From a phage: 64,000 nucleotides of DNA. Below, piece by piece: positions 11,959 to 21,374 of this stretch. The DNA lies in the sequence record PQ327946.1. The stretch is one strand, 5' to 3'. Each line of letters begins with the position of its first letter. The first letter of the stretch is position 1. Below the pieces are notes generated by a model. That model was not told the origin of the DNA. It did no database searches and saw nothing but the letters and a program-made list of their open reading frames with translations. Made by a program: the position numbers and the translations under genes.

Positions 11959-13242
11959 ATGAGTAAAATCCAAAAATTATTGCGTGAATCTACAACGTCT
12001 ATTAGCAACTCAATTGGTCGCCCAAATCTCGTTGCTTTGACTCGCGCTACGACTAAACTAATATATTCTGACATTGTAGCAACACAAAGAACTAATCAAC
12101 CTGTTGCTGCTTTTTATGGTATCAAATATCTTAACCCGGATAACGAATTCACATTTAAAACTGGTGCTACTTATGCTGGCGAAGTTGGATATGTAGACCG
12201 AGAAAAAATTACTGAGCTCACAGAAGAATCAAAAGTCACACTAAATAAAGGCGATTTTTTCAAATATAATAATATCGTCTATAAAGTGTTAGAAGATACA
12301 CCATTTGCAGATATTCAAGAAAGTGATCTAGAATTAGCTCTTCAGATTGCGGTCGTTCATTTAAAGGTACGGTTATTTTCAGATGCAGCGGTAACAAGCA
12401 AATTTGAAAGCTCTGATAGCGAAATTTCTGATGCAAGATTCCAGATTAATAAATGGCAAACTTCGGTCAAATCTCGTAAACTTAAAACTGGACTCACGGT
12501 TGAATTAGCGCAAGATTTGGAAGCGAATGGATTTGATGCCCCTAACTTCTTAGAAGATTTGCTTGCTACTGAAATGGCTGATGAAATTAATAAAGATATT
12601 CTTCAGTCTTTAATTACTGTATCGAAACGTTATAAAGTTACTGGAATTACTGACACCGGATTTATTGACTTGAGCTATGCATCCGCTCCAGAAGCAGGTC
12701 GTTCATTATATCGAATGGTGTGTGAAATGGTATCACACATTCAAAAAGAGACAACTTATACTGCAACGTTTTGTGTAGCCTCAGCTCGTGCAGCTGCTAT
12801 TCTTGCTGCTTCCGGTTGGTTGAAACATAAGCCAGAAGATGACAAGTATCTTTCACAAAATGCTTATGGATTCTTGGCAAATGGATTACCTCTTTACTGC
12901 GATACCAACAGCCCGTTAGATTATGTTATTGTGGGTGTTGTAGAAAATATCGGTGAAAAAGAAATTGTAGGGTCCGTCTTTTATGCTCCATACACTGAAG
13001 GAGTAGATTTAGATGACCCGGAACATGTTGGTGCATTTAAAGTTGTAGTTGATCCAGAAAGCTTGCAACCGTCTATCGGATTATTGGTTAGATATGCTTT
13101 ATCAGCAAATCCTTACACAGTAGCAAAAGATGAAAAAGAAGCGAGAATAATTGATGGCGGGGACATGGATAAAATGGCAGGACGTTCAGACTTGTCTGTT
13201 TTACTCGGTGTTAAATTGCCTAAAATTATCATTGATGAATAA
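11959..13242 (+). CDS. 24: capsid vertex protein gp24
   Basis: 427 aa; gp23-paralog-like; late promoter at 11921. Confidence 0.9.
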   Translation: MSKIQKLLRESTTSISNSIGRPNLVALTRATTKLIYSDIVATQRTNQPVAAFYGIKYLNPDNEFTFKTGATYAGEVGYVDREKITELTEESKVTLNKGDFFKYNNIVYKVLEDTPFADIQESDLELALQIAVVHLKVRLFSDAAVTSKFESSDSEISDARFQINKWQTSVKSRKLKTGLTVELAQDLEANGFDAPNFLEDLLATEMADEINKDILQSLITVSKRYKVTGITDTGFIDLSYASAPEAGRSLYRMVCEMVSHIQKETTYTATFCVASARAAAILAASGWLKHKPEDDKYLSQNAYGFLANGLPLYCDTNSPLDYVIVGVVENIGEKEIVGSVFYAPYTEGVDLDDPEHVGAFKVVVDPESLQPSIGLLVRYALSANPYTVAKDEKEARIIDGGDMDKMAGRSDLSVLLGVKLPKIIIDE

Positions 13243-13249
13243 AAAAAAA

Positions 13250-13271
13250 GGGACCTTACGGTCCCTTTTTT
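13250..13271. terminator. bidirectional intrinsic terminator between gene 24 and rnlB
   Basis: GGGACC-TTAC-GGTCCC flanked by A9 upstream and T6 downstream. Confidence 0.7.
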
Positions 13272-13272
13272 A

Positions 13273-14280
13273 TTATGATACTAATTCAATCCATGCAGGA
13301 CGCAGAACATCTTGCACCATTCGGACCAATTCTTTCTTAACAAGATTCGGATTATCAGATGATGTTAATACAATACCTTCACGAGAAGTTTCTTCCAGAA
13401 TATCTTGAACAGTCAATCCCATCACTTTGCCAAAATCTTTTGGCGTTACAGTCCCAATCTTAGAAATCACATTATTAACACGATTTAATGTAACATAACA
13501 AGCTAGAACATTAAGCAAGTTTTTGTCAATTTCGGTTAATGGAACCTGAGTTTTAATAGGCTTATCAGACTTTTTCTTTTCACTGAATTTAGAGTTCTTG
13601 CACTTAATAGCTACACGAGTACCGTTTGGCAGCCATTTAGGGAAACAAGGCTTCAGAACATAACCTTCTGCTGTATTATCGCCAATAACATTAGCATCAA
13701 ATACACAATTATTTGCTTCGACAAGGTCTTCTGACGCAGTAGCATTATAAGCGGCTAAGACTGAATCAAGGTCATTTGGAATCATGATAAGAGAATCAAA
13801 TGTTCCACGACCAAGCATTGGTGCCATTTTAAAACCAAACGTATTACAGAAATCTTGCATTTCGTAATCACTCATATAATAAGTATCATCACTTTCCGTG
13901 TTTATGATGATATCGAACACATAAAAATCTTTTTCACCGTAGTCAACACCTTTCTGGATTCCACCACCGGCGAATTCACCAAAGACTTGATATGACACCG
14001 GCACTGAAGTTGAAATACTTTCCATAACTTCTTGAACACCTTTAATAGCTTTATCATACTTCTTGAGTACGATTTCATAGCCGTAAAAATCTTCTGCTGG
14101 AAGAATAGGGCCTGTGCGCTTGGCGCATGTGACGTTGTCACGTTCAATTATTAACGAGAAGTTGGTCCCATGGATTTTCTCACGTGCTACCCAAACACCA
14201 GTAGTCAAACCATTAGTGTAGAGTTTTTCAATAAACTTGGAGTTGTAGTGGTTTTCAAGACTGCTGTATTTCTTAAACAT
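13273..14280 (-). CDS. rnlB: RNA ligase 2 (RnlB)
   Basis: 335 aa; nucleotidyltransferase lysine motif KIHGTNF; T4 position after gene 24. Confidence 0.8.
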   Translation of the reverse strand: MFKKYSSLENHYNSKFIEKLYTNGLTTGVWVAREKIHGTNFSLIIERDNVTCAKRTGPILPAEDFYGYEIVLKKYDKAIKGVQEVMESISTSVPVSYQVFGEFAGGGIQKGVDYGEKDFYVFDIIINTESDDTYYMSDYEMQDFCNTFGFKMAPMLGRGTFDSLIMIPNDLDSVLAAYNATASEDLVEANNCVFDANVIGDNTAEGYVLKPCFPKWLPNGTRVAIKCKNSKFSEKKKSDKPIKTQVPLTEIDKNLLNVLACYVTLNRVNNVISKIGTVTPKDFGKVMGLTVQDILEETSREGIVLTSSDNPNLVKKELVRMVQDVLRPAWIELVS

Positions 14281-14371
14281 AAATCACCATTATAAATAAT
14301 AATATCAAAATAATTAGCAGAGACTCTGTCTCCGACCCAATGTTTAATTTGAATGGATAGAACCTAGATTC

Positions 14372-14398
14372 ATTATACCATCAAAAAATGTAAAGCAT
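14372..14398 (-). promoter_or_regulatory. candidate MotA-dependent middle promoter for rnlB
   Basis: Minus strand ATGCTTTA, 13 nt, TATAAT; followed by a hairpin in the rnlB leader. Confidence 0.45.
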
Positions 14399-14399
14399 A

Positions 14400-14651
14400 C
14401 TAGAACTTGATTTCTATCCAGTGCCCATCACGCTGGTCGTGATTAATTTTGTACTGAAAGCCGTTATCACGGAACCACTGGCCGATTTGCTCGGTGATAG
14501 TTAAATCATTCTTTGACGGATAGTATGTAAATTGTGTCTGGCCTTTGTCAGCGGCTTTCTCTGCCATCACAGAGAAGTTAGCAATAAAATCTTTCAACAA
14601 ATTGGCTTTAGTGGCCAGGGCCCTTTCTCTTAATTCCTGTGCAAAACTCAT
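14400..14651 (-). CDS. hypothetical protein (83 aa)
   Basis: ORF overlapping its upstream neighbour by 4 nt (coupled pair). Confidence 0.4.
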   Translation of the reverse strand: MSFAQELRERALATKANLLKDFIANFSVMAEKAADKGQTQFTYYPSKNDLTITEQIGQWFRDNGFQYKINHDQRDGHWIEIKF

Positions 14652-14842
14652 TTCTTCACCTTTCTGTTAATCAAACGTTTACGGTATACAACTTTTTCTT
14701 TTGCTTTAAACTTTGACCGAGCTGTCTCGGCTTTAGTCCATAATAATCCAACTTCTTTAGGTTGTAAACCGATTTTTTGAGCAATTTCTACGAATGAAAA
14801 TCCCGCCTCATGTAATGTATAAACTTCAACTTCAGCTCTCAT
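14648..14842 (-). CDS. hypothetical small basic protein with HTH-like segment (64 aa)
   Basis: ORF; helix-turn-helix-like stretch GFSFVEIAQKIGLQPKEVG; basic C-terminus. Confidence 0.4.
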   Translation of the reverse strand: MRAEVEVYTLHEAGFSFVEIAQKIGLQPKEVGLLWTKAETARSKFKAKEKVVYRKRLINRKVKK

Positions 14843-14908
14843 AATAAATCCCGTATTATTTGGTTTGTGCCATTATACATCAATCTCAAGATGTGTTTTG
14901 TATGCTTT

Positions 14909-14936
14909 AAAAACGAAGAAAGGGGCCGAAGCCCCT
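14909..14936 (-). terminator. intrinsic terminator after hoc
   Basis: Minus-strand hairpin with UUCG tetraloop (plus AGGGGC-CGAA-GCCCCT) followed by U-run. Confidence 0.65.
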
Positions 14937-14941
14937 TACGA

Positions 14942-16072
14942 TTATGGATAGGTATAGATGATACCAGTTTCTAAAGCAGTTTTATGAATGATGTATCCAT
15001 TACGTGATTCTTGAACATCAACTTCTGGATAGTCTTTCATCATCTTCTGAAGGGTGTAACGATGCAAGTAGTACTTACTATCTGGGTCGTCAGTTTTCCA
15101 ATCTTTACCTTCTTCAGTCATTTTTTGGATTTCATCCATAACCCACCAACCGCACCAGATATAAGCTGAAGTACGATGTGGAAGAGGATGAACATAAGGT
15201 AATTCACCTTCTGGTTCCGGAGCAACTTTATCAGTTACCTGAACTTGACCTGTTGTTTTAACTGTTTTGCTATCATAGTCAGTTGCTGTAACGACAGCAG
15301 TAACTTCAATAGTTTGACTTCCAACAGATGAGGTATCAATAGTATATACGTTAGTTGACCCTTCTACAGGAGAAGAATCTTTCTTCCACGAGTAAGTAAT
15401 TTGTGCTGCGTCAGGTGCGCCAGTAACATTAGCAGTAAATGTAGCCGAAGCATCTTGCTGAACGTTAATAGAAGGAGGAGTCAATGCAATCTGTGGATTC
15501 ATTGTCTTCTTATTAACCGTCAATGATACTTCATTAGAAGTAACGCTCAGTGCATCATAATCTGTCGCTGTTACTTGAGCTACACACTTGATTTTTTTAA
15601 CTCCGCTTGTAGTAGGAGTGTAATTGAATGTAGCGCTAGTTGCTTCGCTCACAGGAGAACCATCTACATGCCACTGATACGTAGCAGATGCGCCTGGTGG
15701 TTGAGAAGCTAAGGCAGCAGTAAATTGAACTGGGGTTCCAATTACTCCAGCTGAAGGACTATCAGGAGTTACAGCTAAGGTAGTCGTCTGTGTCTTGTTT
15801 TGAACTGTGATAGTTGTAGTAGCTTCTGCTGTTTCAGCATCAGAATCAGGAATAGTATTTGTTGCAACTACCTTAATAGTCTTTTGACCGGCAGGTCCTT
15901 TTAATACATAATCAAAAGTTGCTTCAGCTCCATCTTGTGGAACATTATCTACAGTCCAAGCATATGTAATAGGTCCATCTCCAGTTTGACCACTGGGTGT
16001 AGCAGTAAACTGCTTGGTTTCATCAATAACTCCTGTTGGTGTTTTAGGAGTTATATCAACTGTAAAAGCCAT
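14942..16072 (-). CDS. hoc: head outer capsid protein Hoc (Ig-like repeats)
   Basis: 376 aa; repeated Ig-like segments (T..Y.W..D); T4 position. Confidence 0.8.
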   Translation of the reverse strand: MAFTVDITPKTPTGVIDETKQFTATPSGQTGDGPITYAWTVDNVPQDGAEATFDYVLKGPAGQKTIKVVATNTIPDSDAETAEATTTITVQNKTQTTTLAVTPDSPSAGVIGTPVQFTAALASQPPGASATYQWHVDGSPVSEATSATFNYTPTTSGVKKIKCVAQVTATDYDALSVTSNEVSLTVNKKTMNPQIALTPPSINVQQDASATFTANVTGAPDAAQITYSWKKDSSPVEGSTNVYTIDTSSVGSQTIEVTAVVTATDYDSKTVKTTGQVQVTDKVAPEPEGELPYVHPLPHRTSAYIWCGWWVMDEIQKMTEEGKDWKTDDPDSKYYLHRYTLQKMMKDYPEVDVQESRNGYIIHKTALETGIIYTYP

Positions 16073-16081
16073 AAGTTATCC

Positions 16082-16750
16082 TTATTTTAATGTTACGAAA
16101 GAAGAATTACGAGATTCACGAATTAGAACTGATCCATCGCGATTAATATAATAAATTAAGCTAAATAATGTTTGGTGAGCAGAAGCATGCACAAAACTAG
16201 TTGGGCGAGATTTCCAATCTGGGGTTTCGGCTATCCATTGATAAATCCACCAAGGAACAGTAACATATCCTGGGGCTTTGCCTAATTTAATGAGTGTAGG
16301 ACTAAAATTTTCAGGCAGAACAAAGTTTACTTCTTTATTTACCTCTGCCTCAGGCTCTTTTTCGGATTCAACAACCTGAGTAATTGCTTCTTCGAATTTA
16401 TCATGGTCGAATTCTTTTTCTTGTTCGACAACTTCTAATACTTCAACTTGTTCTGTTGGAGAATCAAACAACAGAATAGCTTCTTCTTTAACTTCTTCGT
16501 TGGTGAAATTAACACCGTCTACATCATCTGCGGCAGTAATTAAATCGGTGATAGATAATCCATCAGTTTCAGGTAATGGTTCATCAGCCAGTGCGTTAAG
16601 AGCTTCTTCGATATCAATAACAATATTGTCGAATGATTTTGTTTTCTTAACACTAATGCCAAATTGTTCCGCATATTCAAACAGTTTAGCTTTGGCTTCC
16701 TTTTTATCAGAAAGAGCACGTAACTCTTCAATATAGTCTTTATCGATCAT
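16082..16750 (-). CDS. inh: Inh, inhibitor of prohead protease
   Basis: 222 aa acidic protein adjacent to hoc as in T4. Confidence 0.65.
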   Translation of the reverse strand: MIDKDYIEELRALSDKKEAKAKLFEYAEQFGISVKKTKSFDNIVIDIEEALNALADEPLPETDGLSITDLITAADDVDGVNFTNEEVKEEAILLFDSPTEQVEVLEVVEQEKEFDHDKFEEAITQVVESEKEPEAEVNKEVNFVLPENFSPTLIKLGKAPGYVTVPWWIYQWIAETPDWKSRPTSFVHASAHQTLFSLIYYINRDGSVLIRESRNSSFVTLK

Positions 16751-16763
16751 GGTATTTCCTCAT

Positions 16764-16771
16764 TATAAATA
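16764..16771 (+). promoter_or_regulatory. late promoter TATAAATA for uvsW
   Basis: TATAAATATAACTATA module in the inh/uvsW divergent intergenic region. Confidence 0.55.
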
Positions 16772-16800
16772 TAACTATATTTATTACATGGTAATTTGAC

Positions 16801-18315
16801 ATGACTGACATTAAAGTACATTTTTATGATTTTAGTCACGTGCGCATTGAATGCGACGAAAGTACGTTTTACGAACTTCGTGACTTTTTTAGCTTTGAAG
16901 CTGACGGGTATAAATTTAACCCAAAATATCGCTATGGGCAATGGGATGGTAGAATTCGACTTTTAGATTACAATCGTTTGTTACCATATGGACTTGTAGG
17001 ACAAATAAAAAAGTTCTGTAACAATATGAGTTATTCTGTATGGATTGATCCTAAAATCTTTGAGACAGAAGACCTTACCAGGGAAGATTTTGACGCATGG
17101 CTTTCTAAACAAGAAATTTATTCTGGCAATTCCAAAATCGAACCACATTGGTATCAAAAAGATGCAGTATACGAAGGACTAGTTAATCGTCGTCGAATTT
17201 TAAACCTTCCGACATCAGCAGGTAAATCGCTAATCCAAGCACTTTTAGCTCGATATTATCTAGAGAACTATGAAGGTAAAATTCTCATTATCGTCCCTAC
17301 AACAGCATTGACAACCCAGATGGCTAATGATTTTGTTGATTATCGCTTGTTTAGTCATTCGATGATTAAGAAAATTGGCGGTGGTGCTGATAAAGCAGAC
17401 AGAGATAAAAACGACGCTCCAATTATTGTTGGCACATGGCAAACAGTAGTTAAGCAGCCTAAAGAATGGTTCTCTCAGTTCGGTATGATGATGAACGATG
17501 AATGCCACTTAGCAACAGGCAAAAGTATTTCTTCAATCATCTCAGGATTAAATAATTGCATGTTTAAATTCGGTTTATCTGGCTCATTAAGAGACGGAAA
17601 AGCCAATGTAATGCAGTACGTAGGTATGTTCGGCGAAATCTTCCGTCCTGTTAGCACGTCTAAATTAATGGAAGACGGACAGGTAACTGAGCTTAAGATT
17701 AATAGTATTTTCCTTCGTTATCCAGACGAATTCACTGTTAAATTAAAAGGTAAAACATACCAAGAAGAAGTTAAAATTATTACCGGACTAAAACGACGTA
17801 CAAAGTGGATTGCTCAACTTTCAGTCAAATTGGCTAAGAAAGACGAGAACGCCTTTGTAATGTTTAAACACGTTACACATGGTAAAGAAATATTTGAAGC
17901 TATTAAAGAGCTTGGATACGAAAAAGTTTATTACGTATCAGGTGAAGTTGATACTGAAACACGTAACGCGCTTAAAGTCATGGCAGAAAATGGTAAAGGC
18001 ATTATTATTGTCGCATCATATGGAGTATTCTCTACTGGTATTTCAGTCAAGAATCTTCATCATGTTATTTTCGCCCATGGTGTTAAATCAAAAATTATCG
18101 TACTTCAAACCGTAGGTCGTGTGCTTCGTAAGCATGGTTCTAAAGCTGTTGCTACAGTTTGGGATCTCATAGATGACGCAGGTGTAAAACCTAAATCATT
18201 AAATACTAAAAAGAAGTATACTCATCTTAATTACTTGTTAAAACACGGTATTGATCGTATCCAACGTTACGCTGATGAGAAATTTAACTATGTAATGAAA
18301 ACAATTAATTTATAA
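16801..18315 (+). CDS. uvsW: UvsW DNA/RNA helicase (SF2)
   Basis: 504 aa; helicase motifs (PTSAGKS Walker A, DECH box); T4 UvsW-like. Confidence 0.9.
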   Translation: MTDIKVHFYDFSHVRIECDESTFYELRDFFSFEADGYKFNPKYRYGQWDGRIRLLDYNRLLPYGLVGQIKKFCNNMSYSVWIDPKIFETEDLTREDFDAWLSKQEIYSGNSKIEPHWYQKDAVYEGLVNRRRILNLPTSAGKSLIQALLARYYLENYEGKILIIVPTTALTTQMANDFVDYRLFSHSMIKKIGGGADKADRDKNDAPIIVGTWQTVVKQPKEWFSQFGMMMNDECHLATGKSISSIISGLNNCMFKFGLSGSLRDGKANVMQYVGMFGEIFRPVSTSKLMEDGQVTELKINSIFLRYPDEFTVKLKGKTYQEEVKIITGLKRRTKWIAQLSVKLAKKDENAFVMFKHVTHGKEIFEAIKELGYEKVYYVSGEVDTETRNALKVMAENGKGIIIVASYGVFSTGISVKNLHHVIFAHGVKSKIIVLQTVGRVLRKHGSKAVATVWDLIDDAGVKPKSLNTKKKYTHLNYLLKHGIDRIQRYADEKFNYVMKTINL

Positions 18316-18329
18316 GGGCTTCGGCCCTT
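18314..18329 (+). other. intercistronic UUCG-tetraloop hairpin between uvsW and uvsW.1
   Basis: AAGGGC-TTCG-GCCCTT beginning in the uvsW stop codon and ending just before the uvsW.1 Shine-Dalgarno AGGAG; no U-tract. Confidence 0.5.
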
Positions 18330-18340
18330 AGGAGATAAAA

Positions 18341-18574
18341 ATGGTACTTGAATTTAAACAATTTTTATACGAAGCATCTATTGACGAATTCATGGGTAAA
18401 ATTGCTAGTTGTCATACCTTAGAAGGGCTTGAAGAATTGGAAGCTTATTATAAGAAACGTATAAAAGAAACGGAATTAAAAGATACAGATGATATTTCTG
18501 TCAGGGATGCCTTAGCAGGTAAGCGTGCCGAACTTGAAGGCGACGATGATGAGGATGAGGAAGAAGACTTCTAA
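18341..18574 (+). CDS. uvsW.1: UvsW.1 small acidic protein
   Basis: 77 aa ORF after uvsW with acidic C-terminus; T4 arrangement. Confidence 0.65.
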   Translation: MVLEFKQFLYEASIDEFMGKIASCHTLEGLEELEAYYKKRIKETELKDTDDISVRDALAGKRAELEGDDDEDEEEDF

Positions 18575-18583
18575 TTAAAAAAA

Positions 18584-18613
18584 GGCCCGACCTTTTTGGA
18601 AGGGCCAAAAACC
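18584..18613 (-). terminator. terminator after the uvsY operon (bidirectional candidate with uvsW.1)
   Basis: GGCCC..GGGCC stem flanked by A7 and A5 runs. Confidence 0.5.
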
Positions 18614-18641
18614 ATAGGCAAAAAGGTAACACTATAGTAAA

Positions 18642-18800
18642 AGTTGGGTTTCGTTCAATTGCTCTTCTGAACTTTCTGAAACCGGCATTTGTTGGACATA
18701 ATTATAACAAGGACCAGGATGTGCTGGACCTTTGTCTGTTTCAACAACCAATGCAGAATCGATTGGAGTTTTACAGACAACACAAATCTTATCTGACATG
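18642..18800 (-). CDS. small cysteine-containing protein (52 aa; uvsY.-2-like), not in ORF track
   Basis: ATG at about 18798-18800, stop about 18642-18644; translation MSDKICVVCKTPIDSALVVETDKGPAHPGPCYNYVQQMPVSESSEEQLNETQLLL; followed by terminator. Confidence 0.5.
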
Positions 18801-18831
18801 ATTGCCTCCTAAGTTGAAATTACATATCTAT

Positions 18832-19056
18832 TTATACCATTCGCATGCACATATCGATACCCATATCTTTTGTATAAAAATACTCGTCGATGTACCCAGC
18901 AAACTTCCCTTTAATATAAAGGACGTCTTCGCCACAAGGGTGGTCTGCCAGAATACGAATATCCTGACGACGTAGATGATACTTTTCCATTAAGAATTTA
19001 ATTTCAGTTTCAAATTCTTCATCATTATTAAAGGCATCTTCAATTGAATACCGCAT
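18832..19056 (-). CDS. hypothetical protein (uvsY.-1-like, 74 aa)
   Basis: ORF immediately downstream of uvsY with stop/start overlap. Confidence 0.55.
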   Translation of the reverse strand: MRYSIEDAFNNDEEFETEIKFLMEKYHLRRQDIRILADHPCGEDVLYIKGKFAGYIDEYFYTKDMGIDMCMRMV

Positions 19057-19469
19057 TATTGCCCCGCTTCAAATTCTCGCATATCCTGGATATGTTTAAG
19101 TGCAAAACTACGAGACTTAACTGCGTCAAGTGCACCACTACAGAACTCAAGTAAAATTCCCCAGTATTGTAAAGTAGTCTCTATTTTAAGCACATCTTTA
19201 TCTGCAGCCAGGACAGTTTTCATTTCAGATTTCTCGTATCGGTCCATACTGAATTCATCACCGTCACCTCGTCCCGAGTAGTAGTCTAATCTTGCTTTTA
19301 GAGCAGTTTTCTTCTGAGTCTCTATACGCAACATTTCTTTACGAATAAATGAGTGCTTACGTAGCCATTTGCTATATAACTTAACATTATTCGCCGTCTC
19401 ATATTGCAACTTTGTCATATCAATAGCTAAGTCTGCGTCTAACTCTTCCTGTAAATCTTCCAGCTTCAT
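19056..19469 (-). CDS. uvsY: UvsY recombination mediator
   Basis: Track ORF 19056..19550 trimmed to internal Met (MKLEDLQEEL..), giving 137 aa closely matching T4 UvsY; MotA-type middle promoter lies inside the discarded N-terminal extension. Confidence 0.9.
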   Translation of the reverse strand: MKLEDLQEELDADLAIDMTKLQYETANNVKLYSKWLRKHSFIRKEMLRIETQKKTALKARLDYYSGRGDGDEFSMDRYEKSEMKTVLAADKDVLKIETTLQYWGILLEFCSGALDAVKSRSFALKHIQDMREFEAGQ

Positions 19470-19524
19470 AATGTTCTCTCTTTTAACTAATAATCTCCCG
19501 GCTGTATCGGAAGGACCTAAAACC

Positions 19525-19550
19525 ATTATACATAGGTTGCCTTGAAGCAT
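19525..19550 (-). promoter_or_regulatory. MotA-dependent middle promoter for uvsY
   Basis: Minus strand AATGCTTCA (Mot box), 12 nt, TATAAT. Confidence 0.6.
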
Positions 19551-19948
19551 TACACTCTATTGCTTGACGCTAACTGAAGTTTAATTTGTTCAATATCGTC
19601 AGGGTTGTCTACGACCGAAAATCTAATCTCTACTATAACCGTATAGTCATCATATACTGGCGTTACACTTACAGAAAGTTTATCGATGCGTGGCTCATAG
19701 TTACGAACAGCTGCCTGTATATTACGCTCAATCGTATCGGCTGTAAGTGGTGTCATGTTCTCGAAAAGTTCGTCGACCAAATCGCATCCAAATTCAGGGT
19801 CGAAGGGGCGTGAGCCTTTTCTAGTTGTCACTATGCCAAGAAGACTATTTTTAATAGAACGAAGTCCTACAGAACGAGCAACGTCCTTGTTCCAATCCAT
19901 ACGCATTTCTGGGTCGATATCTGAATAAAGTTTATTGATATTAGACAT
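19550..19948 (-). CDS. 25: baseplate wedge protein gp25
   Basis: 132 aa; T4 order uvsY-25-26. Confidence 0.85.
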   Translation of the reverse strand: MSNINKLYSDIDPEMRMDWNKDVARSVGLRSIKNSLLGIVTTRKGSRPFDPEFGCDLVDELFENMTPLTADTIERNIQAAVRNYEPRIDKLSVSVTPVYDDYTVIVEIRFSVVDNPDDIEQIKLQLASSNRV

Positions 19949-20574
19949 TATAGTAACTCAAAGAATTCTTTGAGGCCTCGTATTGTGTGAACGTGTGACG
20001 CCCCACATTTGGGACATTTAATAGGGGTTGCCAGATAAATTGATGGCGATACTAAAAGATTTTTAATATTGATCATGTCATCTTCTGTTATAAGGCCGTA
20101 AAGGTCGTTTATTTCTGCTTCAGTTAAATCTTCAACAGGGATGGACTCTCCATTGACAAAAACGGCCTCAATACATGAAGCAATCATTAATGCGATATTT
20201 TTATCGTCAAATAATTTAGGTTGACGGAACTTAATTTTAATACCGCTGAACGAATACCAGGGATCGGCCTGTTCATCTAATTGAGTGTGCAATAAATTCA
20301 TATAGACTTGAAATGAATGCCCACAGGAACAATTCCAGGTGTGTTCTTGATTCACTTCACCTAATGAATGTGCCCACAGATTTACCAACAATAACTCGGC
20401 TTCTTGTTTAGTCAAGTTTTTAGCGTTAGAGCAATTAGTGATAATATTGTTCACTGCTGATTCAATAGTACCGGTAGCCCGCGCACCTATGAGTCCTAAA
20501 TATTCTTTTAAAGTAAAGGCTCTACAATTCACTTCTTTATCGCCTAAACGTACGGTAAATGTATATTTGTACAT
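19948..20574 (-). CDS. 26: baseplate hub protein gp26
   Basis: 208 aa; divergent from gene 51 across a shared late promoter. Confidence 0.8.
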   Translation of the reverse strand: MYKYTFTVRLGDKEVNCRAFTLKEYLGLIGARATGTIESAVNNIITNCSNAKNLTKQEAELLLVNLWAHSLGEVNQEHTWNCSCGHSFQVYMNLLHTQLDEQADPWYSFSGIKIKFRQPKLFDDKNIALMIASCIEAVFVNGESIPVEDLTEAEINDLYGLITEDDMINIKNLLVSPSIYLATPIKCPKCGASHVHTIRGLKEFFELL

Positions 20575-20592
20575 GTTAACTCCTTTATTGTG

Positions 20593-20604
20593 TATTTATA
20601 AATA
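20593..20604. promoter_or_regulatory. overlapping divergent late promoters for genes 26 (-) and 51 (+)
   Basis: Palindromic TATTTATAAATA contains TATAAATA on both strands. Confidence 0.5.
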
Positions 20605-20621
20605 ATAGAAAAGGAGTAATT

Positions 20622-21374
20622 ATGGCTAATATAATTCGTTGTAAATTACCGGATGGTGTTCATCGTTTTAAGCCGTTCACTGTGGCGGATTATAGAGACT
20701 TTTTACTAGTTAGAAATGATATCGAACATCGTTCGCCGCAAGAACAAAAAGAAATAATTGCCGATCTGATTGATGATTATTTTGGCGAGTACCCTAAAAC
20801 ATGGCAACCATTTATATTCCTGCAAGTTTTTGCAGGCTCTATAGGCAAAACAAAAGTTCCCGTTATTTTCACTTGCCCTAAATGCTCTAAAGAAAAAACT
20901 GCACCATTTGAGATATATCAAAAAGAACTAGTCGAACCTGAACTTGACGTTGCTGGTATAAAAATACGTTTTTCTTTCCCTGAAAAGTTTTATGACAATA
21001 AGGCATTAATGATAAGTGAAAACATAAAAGAAATATATTATAATGATGAATGGTACCCATGGAATGATTTGACTGAAGAGAACCAAATCCAAGTAATAGA
21101 AGCAATAGACATTGACTCACTCGAGAAGGTTATTGCTTCTATGAACCCTATTAATTTGACCCTTAGATTAGGTTGTTGCGAACGTCATGTTAAAACATAT
21201 ACTGATATCTTAGAGGTTTTTAAATTGTTAGTTAACCCTGATGAGATTTTTACATTCTATCAGATAAACCATTCACTAGTAAAGAGTCAATACACATTGG
21301 ATTCTATTATGCAAATGATTCCTGTTGAACGTGGTATTGCTTTAACATTAGTAGAAAAGGACCATAAAAAATGA
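20622..21374 (+). CDS. 51: baseplate hub assembly catalyst gp51
   Basis: 250 aa; T4 position. Confidence 0.8.
   Translation: MANIIRCKLPDGVHRFKPFTVADYRDFLLVRNDIEHRSPQEQKEIIADLIDDYFGEYPKTWQPFIFLQVFAGSIGKTKVPVIFTCPKCSKEKTAPFEIYQKELVEPELDVAGIKIRFSFPEKFYDNKALMISENIKEIYYNDEWYPWNDLTEENQIQVIEAIDIDSLEKVIASMNPINLTLRLGCCERHVKTYTDILEVFKLLVNPDEIFTFYQINHSLVKSQYTLDSIMQMIPVERGIALTLVEKDHKK

Noticed and set aside
14291-14298. Plus-strand TATAAATA upstream of rnlB
   Set aside because: No plus-strand gene lies downstream for over 2 kb; likely a chance match in A/T-rich DNA or an antisense promoter that cannot be assessed from sequence.
19470-19550. N-terminal 27-codon extension of the uvsY track ORF
   Set aside because: The extension contains the MotA-type middle promoter, and the internal Met gives a protein matching T4 UvsY from its first residue.
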